Source of the DNA: Eledone cirrhosa
Lineage: Eukaryota
Assembly (NCBI GenBank): GCA_964016885.1
Contig: OZ024743.1
Coordinates: 56,544,001-56,608,000, forward strand
Length of the DNA: 64,000 bases
Direction of reading: 5' to 3'
A model generated the notes under the pieces. The model was not told the DNA's origin and did not search any database. It worked only from the letters and a program-made list of their open reading frames with translations. Every line of letters begins with the position of its first letter. Position 1 is the stretch's first letter. A program made the translations under genes and the position numbers. Positions 1 through 13,189 of the stretch are shown here, piece after piece.

Positions 1-1542
1 TTATGAGAAGAAAATTTTGGACCTAGTGTTTAGTTACCATACTAACACTATACATAATATTATAGTGGAAAAAACCCTTCTTTCAGACCATGACATGGTT
101 CTCTGTAACCTGAGATTCGACCAGCCGAAAGCTAATCCTAGTGACCTGTCTCCAGCCCACCCATTTGATAGCATGGATCCCTATAATGCCAACTGGGATG
201 CAGTCATGAATGAACTATCACATGTTGACTGTTCTTTTTCACAGGCACACATTTCCACCAACATCAAAACATCTTGGCAGATTTTTGTAGACAAATATAT
301 GTACAAAACACACCCCATCAAGATCTGTGAACAAAACTAAGTGCAGTAACCCCCAAAAACAGAAAAACTATTATCAGAAAAATAAAAAGAACAAGCAAAA
401 ATATTAACAAACTAAAATACTGCCAATAACAACACACACACTCGACGGCTATCGCACTGCTTGAATAACAAAAAATAATAACCTCCAACAATGCATGAAG
501 ACCCTCATCAATAACCAAAGAACAGCTGAGGAGAAATGGGCCACTGAGAAAATCAAACTCAACCCCAAAGTGTTCTTTTCATTTGCAAAAAACACAAAGT
601 CACTGTGTCCACTGTTGGCTCTCTAATTGATGAATATGGCACACTCCAAGACAATGCCAAAACCATGGGTGAGATACTGCAGAAACAATACTGCTCTGTT
701 TTCAGCAATCCTGATATGGCTGATCTGGGCCGTATCAGTGATCTTAATCCCCTAAACACTATATCAGACATAACGTTTGGTGCCCCTGATGTCTTAGTGG
801 CAATAAATGAAATTAAACACAATTCACCAGTAGGCCCCGATAGGTTCCCTGCTTGTGTCCTGAAGGTGTTTCGACACCAGCTTGCATCTCCTCTTGCTAA
901 TTTGTGGAGGAACTCACTGGATGTTGGCTATATTCCTGAAAACTTTCCGTCCCTGTCTGTTGTCCCAGTTTTCAAAAAGGGAAACAAGTCCCTTGCAGTG
1001 AACTACCATCCGATCTCACTCACCTCTCATATTATCAAGGTATTTGAGAGGGTGGTAAGATCACAAATAACTCACTTTCTTGAAAGCAATAGAATGCTGA
1101 ACTCCAACCAACATGGGTTCCGTAATGGAAAGGACTGCCTAATGCAACTCCTGTATCACTTTGATAACATTTCAAGAGATTTGGGAGAGGGCTCCAACAC
1201 TGATGTCATCTACTTTGATTTCAGCAAGGCCTTTGACAGGGTTGATCACAAGATTTTACAGAAAAAACTATCCAGCATTGGTGTCTCTGGAGAGTTACTG
1301 CAATAGATCAAGTGTTTCCTGACAGACAAAGCCCAACATGTAGTCGAAGGAGAAAAATCAAGCCCACCAAAGTTAGTAGTGGCGTTCCGCAAGGCACTGT
1401 GTTGAACCCACTTTTTTTCATCATCAATATTACTGATATGATGAAGCACAGCAACATAAAAATCTTTGTAGATGATTCCAAGTTCCAGAAGGTCATCAAA
1501 GGAGTTGGTGACCGGACATGCCTTCAATCAGATCTACTGGCT
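1..1542 (+). mobile_element. Decayed CR1/Jockey-group LINE (endonuclease end, tether and RT), frameshifted
   Basis: ORFs 17-340 (LSDH), 605-1306 (PGPD-like, VPVFKKG, NYHPISLTS, QHGFR, YFDFSKAFDRVDH) and 1312-1540 (SGVPQGTVL, FVDD). Confidence 0.9.
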
Positions 1543-1544
1543 AA

Positions 1545-2890
1545 GACCGTTCTAAAATCCTCTGATGCCCTAGCAATAACCATAACATAACCCCAATCGC
1601 AACAAAAGAGATATAACTACTAACTAATGTAGTAAAAAACATAGTGATTGCTCTATAATCTTACCACTCTGAATTTTAGTCTAAAAAATACCACATATAT
1701 AATAGGAGGGAGAGAACAAAAGCCTAGCAATAAATACTGGCTAAACTTAAGAATTAACCCCTAAATACTAACCCCAACAAACACTAATGCTAAACTTACA
1801 CCCTAAATATTAGGACTAACTTTAAACCAACAAAACTAAGCCTGCCCTAATACCTTCCGATGTCCTGGCAATAGTCATAACATAATCCCAGCCCCAACCT
1901 TAATAAACGTGATATAACTACTAACTAATACAGCAGAAAAATTATTGATTGTCATAGTCTATATAAATACAAACGGATTAAGTTATACTTTGTTTATAAG
2001 AATACCATATTTATAATAAGAGGGCGAGCACTAAGGCCCAGCAGTAAATATTGACTGAATGTAATTGCTAACCTCTAAATTCATATCCCAACAAACTTTA
2101 ATGCTAACAATAAACCTTCCATGAATATTAAGTCTAAACCTGCATCCCTAAGCCCTAAATTCCGCCGATACCCTAGCAATAGCCATAAAATATATTATTG
2201 CCCTATGCATCAAATAAATTTTGTCTCAAGTCTAACATGAATTCTTAAATTAAATTTAATAATATTAAGAAATATATTCCATATTTTTATATTTCACAAG
2301 CAAGAAAAATAAGTCGAAAAGCCTACAGCTAAAAAAAACAACATTAGTAATCTCCCTTTAAACGTTAATTTTTTTTAAAAAACATTTTTGTACACACATA
2401 CACAAGACTACTCAAAATTCTAATGAAAGGTATATAACTACTAATTAATGAAGCAGAAAACATACAAGTGATTGTTCTACACTCTTAACACTAACCTTTA
2501 TATAAATGCAGACACATCAAATTAAATTTAGTCTATAAAAATACTATTCTCACAATAGAAGGTGGAGCACAAAAGCCTAGCACTAAATATAGACTTTAAA
2601 GCTAACTTCTAAGGTCAAACCCAACAAACACTAATCCTAACTGTAAACCCTAACCATGACCATGAACATTATGCCCAACTTTAAACCAGAAAACCTAAGC
2701 TCTAACAGCCTCCGATGTCTTAGAAATAACCATAACATGCATCTAATTAAATTCGGTGTCGGGCTAACATTAATTCTAACCTTAACAGCAAACTCAAACA
2801 GACCATAACATCAAGCTTAAACTAATTTCTAAAGCCATCCGCTATCCTAACAGTAATCATAACATGTATAGTTGCCAATACATGAAATCA
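1545..2890. repeat. Degenerate ~300-bp tandem repeat, CTAA/TAACCC-rich
   Basis: Motif ccgatgcc(c)tagcaataaccataacat recurs near 1560, 1857, 2165, 2712 and 2840; tataactactaa(c/t)taat recurs near 1612, 1913 and 2433. Confidence 0.65.
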
Positions 2891-3059
2891 AATTTAGGAA
2901 TAACAAATATATTTAAATGAAATGGAGAGTACTCCTACAGTTTTTTTAACTGTATGCTTTAAGAGATAACTCCCCGTCCTAAAGTTCATTGGCATACACA
3001 CACAAAAAAAAAGACTTGTCTAGCTCAGAGTTGGAGTTAAGTGTGGACGTGAGGCGTAA

Positions 3060-3900
3060 ACGATAGGTTTCCATGACATATTCATTGATAATATGTGAAA
3101 AAATAGTCAATTGTGAGCATCTTTGATGTCAGATTGGGTGGTAAGGACACACATTAAAAAAAGGGGAAGAAAATTTTTTACACTGTGATCATAGTATGAT
3201 GTGGTTTGGTATGGTGTGGTTTGGTTTGGTTTGGTTTGGTTTGGTTTGGTGTAGTCTGGTAAGGTTTGGTTTGGTGTAGTTATAACATGGAACCTATCAT
3301 AAACGACAGGTTTTCGTGTCATATTCATTGATGTGTGAAAAAATAGTCAATTGTGAGCACCTTTGATGTCAGATTGGGTGGTAAGCACACAAAAAAAAAC
3401 AGGAAGAAAATTTTTCACACTGTAATCAAGGAGTAGGTGTTCTTCAATAAATTTATATGGTGATGTAGTATGGTGTAGTTTGGTATGGTGGGGTTTGGTG
3501 TAGTTTAATGTGGTGTGGTCTGCTTTGTTATAATGTTTCCCTCTAACATAAGGATTTTAATTTCCACTTTGATTTAAATCGGAAAAAACTTTTTTCCTTT
3601 GTTTTTTATGTGCTATCAACTAATCCAACCACCAACATGTTTGCAGCCGACTATGTTTTTACCATATTAACAACAAATAAGATTTCCACTCTAATAAAAA
3701 ATGACCAGCTTTGTGAATGGTATTTCCTCCCACTTTCTGTCCTCTTTTTTCTACAAAGCAAGTCATTTTCTACATGTTTGACAATCATATTCATTGATAG
3801 TATGTGCAAAAAATAGTCAATTGCTAGCATCTTGGCAGTCATATTGTGTGATAGCACACACAAAAAAAATTAAAAGAAAAACTTTTCAAACAGAAATCCT
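3060..3900. repeat. Local repeat (3 copies) with (GGTTT)n tracts
   Basis: catattcattgat...aaaaatagtcaattg recurs near 3078, 3320 and 3787; (GGTTT)n at about 3200-3275. Confidence 0.7.
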
Positions 3901-4049
3901 GGTTTCTATAAATTTGCCGCGGTTTGGTGTACTGTATGTTAGTGTAGTGTTGTGTGTTATAGTGTGATTCTTTCTAACTTAAAGTCTTTAAAATGTAATG
4001 TCTATCTTCTATATCTTAAAAAAATGACCTCAAACAGACATTTTTCCTG

Positions 4050-4400
4050 GATTAATGTTAGATTTAGGGTTATTGTTAGGGTAAGTTTTACTGTTAATGG
4101 TAAGTTTGTTGTTAGTGTTAGTGTTACTGTTAGCGCTAACATTAGTGTTAGTGTTACTGTTAGCGCTAACATTAGTGTCAGTGGTACTGTTAGTGTTAGT
4201 GTCAGTGGTAGTGTTAGTGTCAGCGGTTTAATGTTAGCATTAGCATTAGTGTTAACGTTAGCGGTATTATTAGTGTTAGTGTCAGCGGTATTGTTAGTGT
4301 TAGTGTTACTGTTAGTGGTAGGGTTAGTGTCAGCGGTAAGTGTTTGTGTTAGAGTTAGTGTTAGTGTTAGTGGTAGTGTTAGTGTTAGAGTTAGCATTAC
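4050..4400. repeat. (GTTAGT)n telomere-like hexamer tract
   Basis: Repeated gttagt/gttagc; gives the spurious SV/TL-rich ORFs. Confidence 0.8.
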
Positions 4401-4406
4401 TGTTTT

Positions 4407-4880
4407 CCCCAGGGAAACGGAGGGGTTGAGATGGTTCACCCCTCTCCCGGATAACTCCTGCGTACTCAGAATTTTCTCTACAAATTTATTTCCATGCGTT
4501 ATCAAAGAATATGACTTCCAAACCAGTCAAAAACAACTAGCTTTGGAGAAAAGGAGAGTAATGTTTAGGATTTAGTTTAAGGGTTGGGGTAAAGTTTAGG
4601 GTTGGGGTAGTTTTTAGAGTTTAGTTTAAGGGCTGGAGTTAAGTTTATATTTAGATTTAGCTTGTTTGGGGTTAGATTTAGAGTTTAGGGTTGGGGTTAA
4701 ATTTAATTTTAAGTTTTATTTAGTTTTAGTCTTAGCATTAAGGTTTCCTAATCCCAGGAAAAATAATTGATTCAAAGCAAATAAGAGTTCAGATTAGTTG
4801 ATGATAGCACACAAAAGAAAACCAAAGAAAAATCATTAGGGTGTATATCTACAAAATGACGATGGTCTTTCCACCCCGCT
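4407..4880. repeat. Modular repeat (same family as 13651-13925 and 15660-16210) with a TTTAGGG-like tract
   Basis: 4407-4560 is a diverged reverse complement of 15960-16110; 4750-4830 resembles 16105-16175; degenerate gtttaggg tract at 4560-4745. Confidence 0.65.
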
Positions 4881-5405
4881 TTACCATTCAAAGGAACCCC
4901 ATTTCAGCCACTTGTATTTGCAATCATATTCTTTCGGTCATTACCCAAGATTCATGACCACAGGTATAGATTGGCATGAATACCGAATTGAAGATTGCAA
5001 ATTTGGCTTTTCCACTTATCTCACTTCTTCTGATTACCGAATGTTAAAGCTGGCGTATTACTGCACCAGCACCTGCAATTCTGGAACTTAATTCAGCCTC
5101 CTGCCTACCATCGCTCATGAACACAGCCCCAAGATATTTGAACTTCGCCAGCTGCTTCAGTGGAACTCCATTCACATGTAGAGTGCACTGCATAGGCTTC
5201 CGTGAGAGGACTGTCTCAGTTTTCGCAGCACTAATTTTCATTCCAACCATGTAGCACTCGGCATCAAACCTATCCAAGTCGGAGATCACCTTTTGTTGAA
5301 CTAAGTAACACTATGTTGTCTGCAAATTCCAGCCAACTGATTTTTTTCAGCCTGCCAGTCATGATACCACTTCCAATCTGGCTGTGCATGTCAATCCTGT
5401 TCGTT
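4880..5405 (-). mobile_element. RTE-clade LINE fragment (RT C-terminal part)
   Basis: ORF 5044-5289 (GMKISAAKTE...FKYLG); inverted homologue of 43635-44160. Confidence 0.85.
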
Positions 5406-6174
5406 ATTTCTAAATTGTTGTCAGAGCAAAAAGCTAGGTACGTCGATCTACTAAACTGTCAGTCAAAACTATTTCATTCGAGAGAGTGGTATGCATATTT
5501 AAGAGTTAGTCTAGAGCACCAAATACTTAGGGCGCTGGTTCTACCAGAGAGAATTCTACTATCACACGATGTGATGGTGTGGTCTAACAAAAGGTGTCTG
5601 ATCAAAGTGATAGGATATCGATGGTGTCATTAGGCAGGGAGTTTAGCTAGGGTTGAGGAGCCACATGCCAAATATGGTAGATAGAATGTTTTCTTTTCCT
5701 TTTAGTCTGTTACTGGTTTCAGTCATTAAACTACGGCTGGCGCACCGACTTGAAGGCATTTAGTTGATAAAATGAACCCCAGTACTTATTTTTAAAAAAT
5801 AAGTACCAGTGTTGGCTAACATTTGCCTAAGATGTCATGTTGTGGACAGAGGAGGGAGGGATCACTGGTGAAGCTTAATTGAAAATAGTTTTTATTGTTG
5901 TTGGTGATGGTGGTGTCTGTGGAGTATGGCCACCAGGTCAGCTCAGTTTTTCAAACGATTTGCAGGAAGTTTAGCTACTATTTCTAGCAGTTTCAGTGAC
6001 TATGTAGAGGCCATTGGCTTTGAGATTTAAGTTTCCATGTGAAGTCAACTTTAGCGTTTAAGTTATCTGACAAAAAATAGCAATTATCAACCAAATTTGT
6101 TCAAGGGAAATAACTCGTGTAAGATTAGAGTAGCTTATGGTTTTTGTTATCCGTTTTTTTTTAAACTGTCTATT

Positions 6175-7180
6175 TACAGTTCGGTCTCGAATAATGCCCC
6201 CCCCCCTCCTTTTTTTTCATATTTTTCCCAAACCCCAACCCTATCAAATTTTGCTAATCTATCTCCGGCGAAATTCTATGCTGTCCTTAGCCCTATGGCT
6301 ACCACACTACTCACCACCAACGACACTGAGTTGGCTACCCGCACGTTTGAGCCTCGTGAGCTGGAATAGCTCTTCCAGCGCGTTTCCCCTCACCATCCCC
6401 CGGGGAAACGCCTTCTTTATTCTGTCCGCCGAGGCTGCGGTGCGGCCAGCGCGTGGGCCCCCATTTGCTCATAATAGTGAGAGGTGGGGAGAGTGAGAGA
6501 GACGGAAGCAATGACAGTGGGAGTTTGGTTCCTTTGTGTTCGGACGTTGTGTATATGTTTTTTCTTGATATTAAAACTACATTGATCACGCCAGTAGAAC
6601 ATCTTGGTAGATTGTTTCACAAAATTAGATTTTTCTTTTCTATCTAGCACATTGGTTCCCAACTAGGGAGCCATGGCCCACCAGTGGGCCATAGTAAGTT
6701 ATTGGGGGAGCCACGGGAATTAACTAAAAATCACATTTTATACATAAAAAAGAAGAGTAGTTTCCTTACATAATTTTTTCTTTTTCTTGCTTCAAATTTT
6801 TATATTCAACTTTTTATCAACTTTCTACCTTTTCTAATTATGATTTTACTTCACAAATAAAAAGACATGCCAAAATTATTTCTACATAAAAAAATGATAT
6901 CAAAAATTTTAATTTTTTGTGTGGGCCATACTGTTTTGCTATATCATTAAGGTGGAATTTATTATAAAAGGTTGGGAACTGTTGATCTAGCAGCATATAG
7001 TCAGTCAAACAAGTGACAATTAATTTTCTTTAGACATTAAAAAACATTATACATGACAAAAAAGTACATTACTAGAAATTGCCTACGTTATAAAATAAAT
7101 AGGATGAGTTGTGGTCTCAATATGTCAACTAAACGACTAATTCTGTTTCTTTATTTTTTTTATTTTTTGTCGTCTTTATT
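6175..7180. mobile_element. Pogo/Tc1-type MITE-family composite carrying a nested hAT MITE
   Basis: Left end tacagttcggtctcgaataat resembles the TIR of 34464-34762; 7020-7150 matches the internal part of that MITE family. Confidence 0.5.
6650..6984. mobile_element. hAT (Charlie-type) MITE
   Basis: TIRs cattggttcccaac / gttgggaactgttg; 8-bp TSD ATCTAGCA at 6642-6649 and 6985-6992. Confidence 0.85.
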
Positions 7181-7368
7181 GTCTTCTTAATGTAATCTTT
7201 GGGTGGCTAATAAAGAAACCATTATTATTATAGCTTTGCCTTTCATCCTTATGGGGTCGATGAAATGAAGCACCAGTAATGTACTGGGTCGATTTAATCG
7301 ACTTTCCCCTCTCCCCCCAAAAAAAATTACTAGCCTTGTACCTATACTAAAAATCAGTATTATTATAA

Positions 7369-7553
7369 GGGCGGTGGATTGGTAGTATCAGTAGAGGGTT
7401 GGACGCCGTGCTTTGCAGCATAGAGTTACGGTCTGAGTTCAAATCCCGCAAAGGTTTACTTTGCCTTTCATCTTTACGGGGTCGATAAAATAAAGTACCA
7501 GTAATGCACTGGAATAATTGCTGGCCTTGTGCCAAAAGTAGAAACAATTATTA
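7369..7553 (+). mobile_element. tRNA-derived SINE (main family); partial copies adjacent at about 7232-7345 and 7555-7605
   Basis: A-box-like tggtagtatcagtag, B-box gagttcaaatcc, core gcctttcatc..cggggtcgataaa, tail gtagaaacaattatt. Confidence 0.85.
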
Positions 7554-7606
7554 TTACGGGGTCGATAAAATAAAGCACCAGTAACGTACTGGGGTCGATT
7601 TAATCG

Positions 7607-8488
7607 CCTCTCGAGTTCTATAGAGGATTAGTAGTGGGCAAGTGCGATGATGCACTCGGAGAAGCTTTGGGCCTAGACGAAGTCGAACTGACCAGTCTGT
7701 ACCGGAGGACTTTCGAACCGGGGACGATGGACAATTTCCAGAAATTCCTCGCTTGGCAGTGCTACCGGGGGGCACTGCCGGTTCGAGATAAACTCTACAG
7801 GCACTGAAGTGCTGTCAGACGGACCTGCCCAAGATGCGCACAGAGCGACGAAACCGTTCTGCACGCACTTGTCCAATGTCCGTGCATTAATGACTTGTGG
7901 AGTTATGTCGAACAGCTACTGTCACGTGTGGAACGGATCCGGCTATCGGCCGAGTCCATAGTGAAGATCGACCAGCCGCCTTCCTTTGGTCAGGAAGAGC
8001 AGGACATTTTCCTCTGTCTGGTGGCCGTTGCGAAAGAGGTTATATGGTGGACCAGATTGAAAGGACTGAAGACAGACACTTTTCTCTTCGGCCAATCCCT
8101 CATCAACTTCTTCAAGTTTCACCTGGAAAGGAAGGTGAGGGTGGAGAGAGAAGTGCTGCCCCCCCCCCCCCCAGTACATTTGTTAAAAAGTGAATGAATG
8201 TGGCGAGAATGGCCCGTGTGAATAGGCTAGCTAACATGAGGAGAGGGGTACTCTCCCTGGGTGCCCTAGAAGCGCAGGGTGGTTCAGTATTGGTAGGGTA
8301 CCTGAGTCCCCTATAGGGGAATTTATTTTGTTATATTTATGCATACTTTATTTTATATTTTTTATATCTTCATTGTTAAATTAGTTTTGCCATTGTGCAC
8401 TTTTACTCGACCTTATTGTAAACTGTCCCTGTCTTTGTATTGTCTCCTACATGTCGGCCCTTGTGGCAAATAAATGAAATCATTATTA

Positions 8489-8490
<2 letters not shown>
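7607..8490 (+). mobile_element. L1/Tx1-clade LINE 3' fragment with (ATT)n tail
   Basis: C-terminal zinc-knuckle CPRCAQSDETVLHALVQCP followed by LWSYV...AKEVIWWTR; AATAAA and (ATT)n at the end. Confidence 0.75.
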
Positions 8491-8538
<48 letters not shown>

Positions 8539-8726
8539 GGGCGGTGGATTGGCAGTATCGGTAGAGGTTCGGACGCCATGCTTTGCAGCATATAGTTACG
8601 GCCCTTTATGATCTGAGTTCAAATCCCGCCGAGGTTAACTTTGCCTTTCATCCTTACGGGGTCGATAAAATAAAGTACCAGTAATGTACTGGGTATTTGC
8701 TGGCCTTGTGCTTAAAAGTAGAAACA

Positions 8727-8733
<7 letters not shown>
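8539..8733 (+). mobile_element. tRNA-derived SINE, full length
   Basis: Complete head, core and tail, flanked by (ATT)n. Confidence 0.9.
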
Positions 8734-8756
<23 letters not shown>

Positions 8757-8757
<1 letters not shown>

Positions 8758-9140
8758 GGGCACTTGAGGCTACAACCACGGTGGCCAATCTCATCCAGAA
8801 ATAGGCTAAGAAGAATCTCTCCTGAAAAACCAACAGAAATGGCGAATGCCTACATCGTTTCCATTATTGTCTATCGGGGTCGATAAAATAAAGTACCAGT
8901 AATGAACTGGGTATTTGCTGGCCTTGTGCCTAAAGTAGAAACAATTATTGTCTATCGCCTGACTATTGTGCTTTGCTACGGTCTTGTCTGACTAGTCTGG
9001 AGCATCAACTCTTCTGAGTCTTGTTGAAGGGTCGAGTCCCACTGATTAGAAGGTCCGTTTGCTGCCAACACCCTCAACACGAAAGGCTAAGCATGCCATA
9101 GCTGCTGATGTGCAGGCATAAGCTGTGATTGTGATACTTA
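8757..9140 (+). mobile_element. L1/Tx1 LINE fragment interrupted by a 5'-truncated SINE
   Basis: Reads ...KNLS...MANAYIVSIIVYRL...KGRVPLIRRSVCCQHP; SINE piece at about 8877-8945 with TSD attattgtctatcg. Confidence 0.6.
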
Positions 9141-9202
9141 TTAAATTATGGCTTTTTCAGATTGAAAAGGTCGTTATCTCAATGTTGTTTAGATGTTCAA
9201 TA

Positions 9203-9390
9203 ACTGTTTCTACTTTAGGCACAAGGCCAGCAATTACCCAGTGCATTACTGGTACTTTATTTTATCAACCCCCGTAAGGATGAAAGGCAAAGTCAACCTC
9301 GGCGGGATTTGAACTCAGATTGTAAAGGGACGTAACTATGCTGGAAAGCATGGCGTCCGACCCTCTACTGATACTGCCAATCCACCGCCC
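9203..9390 (-). mobile_element. tRNA-derived SINE, full length
   Basis: Reverse complement of the 8539 copy. Confidence 0.9.
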
Positions 9391-9525
9391 TTTGTTTCCA
9401 CCTGTTTTCATCAATAACGTGAGTGCTCTCCCTTCCTCTGGGGGTAGCTGCACGAACTACAGTAATTCGTACATTCTATAAGGTAACGAATTAAAACGAT
9501 AAAAATGGATGCTCAGCAGAGTGTG

Positions 9526-10100
9526 TACTCTTGGATTACGGATAATCCTCCGGGCCCGCTTATTAATTTTTCAGATTTTTCCACCCAACCTCTGCTTTTA
9601 TTCCAAACCCCGCTACCCGCTTATTAAATTTTGTTAATCTATCGTCGGCGAAATTTTATTTTAAGTGGTAGCATTTCTACGACATTTTATTTTCTTTATA
9701 CATTAAAAAACTTTATACATGACAAAAAAGTACATTTACGTTACTAGAAATCCCATATATTATAAAATAAATAGGATGGGTTGGGTTCTCAATATGTAAA
9801 CTAAACGACTAATACTGTTTTGTTGTTATTTTTAAATCAACGGAAACAACTTAGAAAAATTACCGAATTTTCATTTCCCCCACCTACTTATTCCAACCCC
9901 TCCCCGCTAGTTCCAACCACCACCTCCTCCCATTATTTGAGACCAGAGATTCCAACCACCACCTCCTCCCATTATTTGAGACCAGAGAGGTTGACTTTGC
10001 CTTTCATCCTTACGGGGTCGAAAAAATAAAGTACCAGTAATGCACTGGGTATTTGCTGGCCTTGTGCCTAAAGTAGAAACAATTATTTGAGACCAGAGAG
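9526..10100. mobile_element. Pogo/Tc1-type MITE with a duplicated right end and an inserted SINE piece
   Basis: Right TIR attatttgagaccagaga occurs three times: a 40-bp tandem duplication plus the TSD of the SINE piece at 9989-10083. Confidence 0.7.
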
Positions 10101-10549
10101 TTCTTGAAATTATTATACCGTGAGAATTACAATCGGAAGAGATAAATATTTGTTAGAGAAGAATCATAACTAATTGTGTGTATGTGTTTTTAACAAAGTA
10201 TTTGATTTTGTTATACGATGAGAATAACAATCAAAAGAGAGAAATATTTTATTTTCCGTTTGTATAAATAACATTACAGATTGAAAAGAACACTTGGGAA
10301 TTAAAAGTATCAAGTATTGCTTGAAACAAAGAAGAATGAAGTTATTAATAAGAAGAGAACAATAGAAAATAGTAACCTAAAGTAAACATGAAAGAACAGC
10401 CGAACTCCCACTGTCATCGCCTCCATCTCTCCGTATGGTGAGCAAATAGTGTCCTACGTGTTGGCCTCGCCACAGCCCCGGCGTTTCCTCGAAGGATGGT
10501 AAGGGAAATATTGTTTATAGTTATTGCGGGATGAAGATATAAATACATA

Positions 10550-10900
10550 TAATTGTTTCTACTTTAGGCACAAGGCCAGCAAATACCCAGTGCATTACTG
10601 GTACTTTTTTTATCGACCCCGTAAGGATGAAAGGCAGAGTCAACCTCGGCGGGATTTGAAGTCAGACCATAAAGGGGCGTATAATGGTTTCTGATTTTGG
10701 CACAAGGCCAACAATCTTTATGGGGGAGGGGCAAGTCGATAAAATCGACCCCAGTGTGTTACTGGTGATTTATTTTATCGACCCCGTAAAGGATGAAAGG
10801 CAAAGCTAGCCTCGACGGAATTTGAACTCAGAACGTAAAGGGACGTAACTATATGCCGCAAAGCATGTCCAACGTTCTACCGATACTGCTAATCCACCAC
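10550..10900 (-). mobile_element. Two adjacent SINE copies (main family)
   Basis: Two successive tail-core-B-box units. Confidence 0.85.
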
Positions 10901-11269
10901 CTTCATAAACATATAATAAACACAATTAATTATTGCTAGGAACCTCACAAATGTAATGCACTAACATATAGAATCAAAGTGAGAGAAAAAGAATAGAAAA
11001 AACAACTATCAATTCACCACCAAATGCAACAAAATATTCCGTTGACCCTTGTGATGTGCGGCCTATTGTCGCACTTGGTGGTTTCTCTGGTTTTGATCAT
11101 ATATTTTGCTGCGTTACATTTGTGAGATTCCTAGCAATAGTTAATTGTATTTATTATATGTGTTTATATTTTCATTCTGAGAGAGTTCTGAGCGATTTGA
11201 AATGTTATTTATACAACTGTGAATAACATTTACATATTACGGTACGAGAATATAAATAAATAAAAATAT

Positions 11270-11495
11270 ATATATATCGTTATACTTTGGGAGGGTCATG
11301 CTACCAATAAAAACACGCACACCTGTTGGTTTTCACTTTAATTTACTATAAATTTCCGGTTGGCTGGATAACCGGATGGTTGTTTATACATTTTCAAAGC
11401 TCTTTCGTCACACATTCTGTGACCTCCTCAGTGACTAAGTTTTTATTTTGTCTTCCCTTGGTTCTGTCCTACACCATCTTGTTTTTGTGAGTAAA
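11270..11495 (-). mobile_element. Solo Penelope-like 3' end with hammerhead motif
   Basis: Homologous to 56362-56620; HHR at 11393-11435. Confidence 0.8.
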
Positions 11496-11819
11496 TTTTT
11501 TAAATGTTATTTATACAACTGTGAACCTTGGAAAATATAAAATGCTTCTTAAATAAGGCGAAAACAAAAAATAATAAAATGTTTTTACTTAGAGAAGAAT
11601 GGATACTCAGTAGCATGTGAACTCGAAATTGTCGTCTACGTTTAAGGACCACCAGGCTGGGAACCGCTGGGTTTGTGTTCCTGTAAAACTTTCAAGATGG
11701 AACCTAAAAGAGAGTTTAGCGTTTAGTTGAGTTGTTTCGGGAGGATGGAGTGAGTTGTTTAGGTGGTACGTAATCTTTCTAGTTGATATAGAGACAGGTT
11801 TAAAAATTTGAAATAAATA

Positions 11820-12065
11820 AATGTCGGCCTCCTACGCATATCTGTCGTTGTATGTAAAAGGAGAGTAAGATTTGCTGGCCACTGCTATCGTACCACCTCT
11901 GGGGATGTGTCCCCACTAGTGATTTGGAAACCACAAGCAATCACTAAAAACAGGGGCGCAAGCTCTCCTATCCCTATGTCATCTAGAGAGATTCTGGTAT
12001 TGAAATCCAGGACTTGGCAACGGCAATGAACGATAGACCAACGTGGAGATCGATTGTTGAGTAAC
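11820..12065 (+). mobile_element. RTE/RTE-X-like LINE 3' fragment
   Basis: RRVRFAGHCYR...LVIWKP...AMNDRPTWRSIV read across frameshifts. Confidence 0.6.
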
Positions 12066-12239
12066 ATTGCAAATATCTTTTAAATATATACATAAATAAA
12101 ATTCTAATTTTATTTTTAAATAACATTACACATGCGTAAATAACATTATAAATTGCTCGCCATTCGTTCAGAAGGACAATACAAATATAATGTCTAAACA
12201 GTGTATAATAACAATAATATAAATTCACTGAACAAGAAT

Positions 12240-12440
12240 GATAAAAGAAAGGGAAAAAAGGGGGCGGTCACCATCAAGTGTGATAATCGGCTACACCTCA
12301 CACCTTAGGGGTTAACTGCACACTTGAGGCAAGCCAACGCGTTCGCAGCATTACCACGGGTGATGGCGAGGCTAAGGCGGCGCTGAAATAACCAGGCACT
12401 CACACGGGTATCACCTGACACCGAAGCCGCCGGATGTTTT
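12240..12440 (-). mobile_element. CRE-type retroelement 3' fragment
   Basis: WLFQR..LSLAITRGNAANAL; homologous to 42680-42875 and 52580-52660. Confidence 0.7.
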
Positions 12441-12519
12441 TTTATTCTTATTCACAGTTGTATAAATAACATTATAAATAGTTCACTGTTCTTTCAGAAT
12501 GAAAATATAATCACATAAT

Positions 12520-12733
12520 GATTTCTACTTTAGGCACAAGGCCAGTAATTTAGGGGTGTGGGGAAAGCCGATTATATCGATCCAGTTCTTTACTGATACT
12601 TTATTTTATCGAAGCCGTAAGTATGAAAAGCAAAGCTAGCCTCGGCTGGATTTGAACTCAGAACGTAAAGGATTGTAACTCTATGCCGCAAAGCATGTTG
12701 TCCGACGCTCTACCGATACTGCCAATCCACCGC
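12520..12733 (-). mobile_element. tRNA-derived SINE
   Basis: Full head, core and tail on the minus strand. Confidence 0.85.
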
Positions 12734-13189
12734 AATTAACTATGACCCTTACAAATACAACACACCAAAATATACAATCAAAGCGAGAGAAAGAAAATAG
12801 AGGAAACAAAAACAAAAACGATCATCAGTTTAACACCAAGTGCGAAATCGGTCCCGCATCACAGGAATCAACGGAAATGTTTTTATTTACCAAACTGACA
12901 ACAGGGAACACTCGTCATAAAAACCATCCTCACCGTAGCAACATAGCGAAGTATAAATAAAACAAAGACTGTCGAAGCTAATACATCAAATAAATACAAC
13001 TAAATTTATTCCCTAACATGGGTGTGCAGAAGTAACGGGAGCTAAACCTCAAAAACTCAACTAACCTTTACCTGTAAACCTAATTTATATAACGTAGAAC
13101 GTTTCAAGAAAGAAATCAATAGGAATTGATCAGAGTAAAATAAGGAAAGAAAGAAAAAACGAGAGAAAGCGTTCAACACACTGCAACAG

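Noticed and set aside
3952-4575. 207-aa and 167-aa ORFs resembling membrane or ice-binding repeat proteins
   Set aside because: They are translations of a (GTTAGT)n tract, open on both strands
8539-8630. tRNA genes
   Set aside because: The A/B boxes are SINE heads; there is no cloverleaf and they continue into the SINE core and tail
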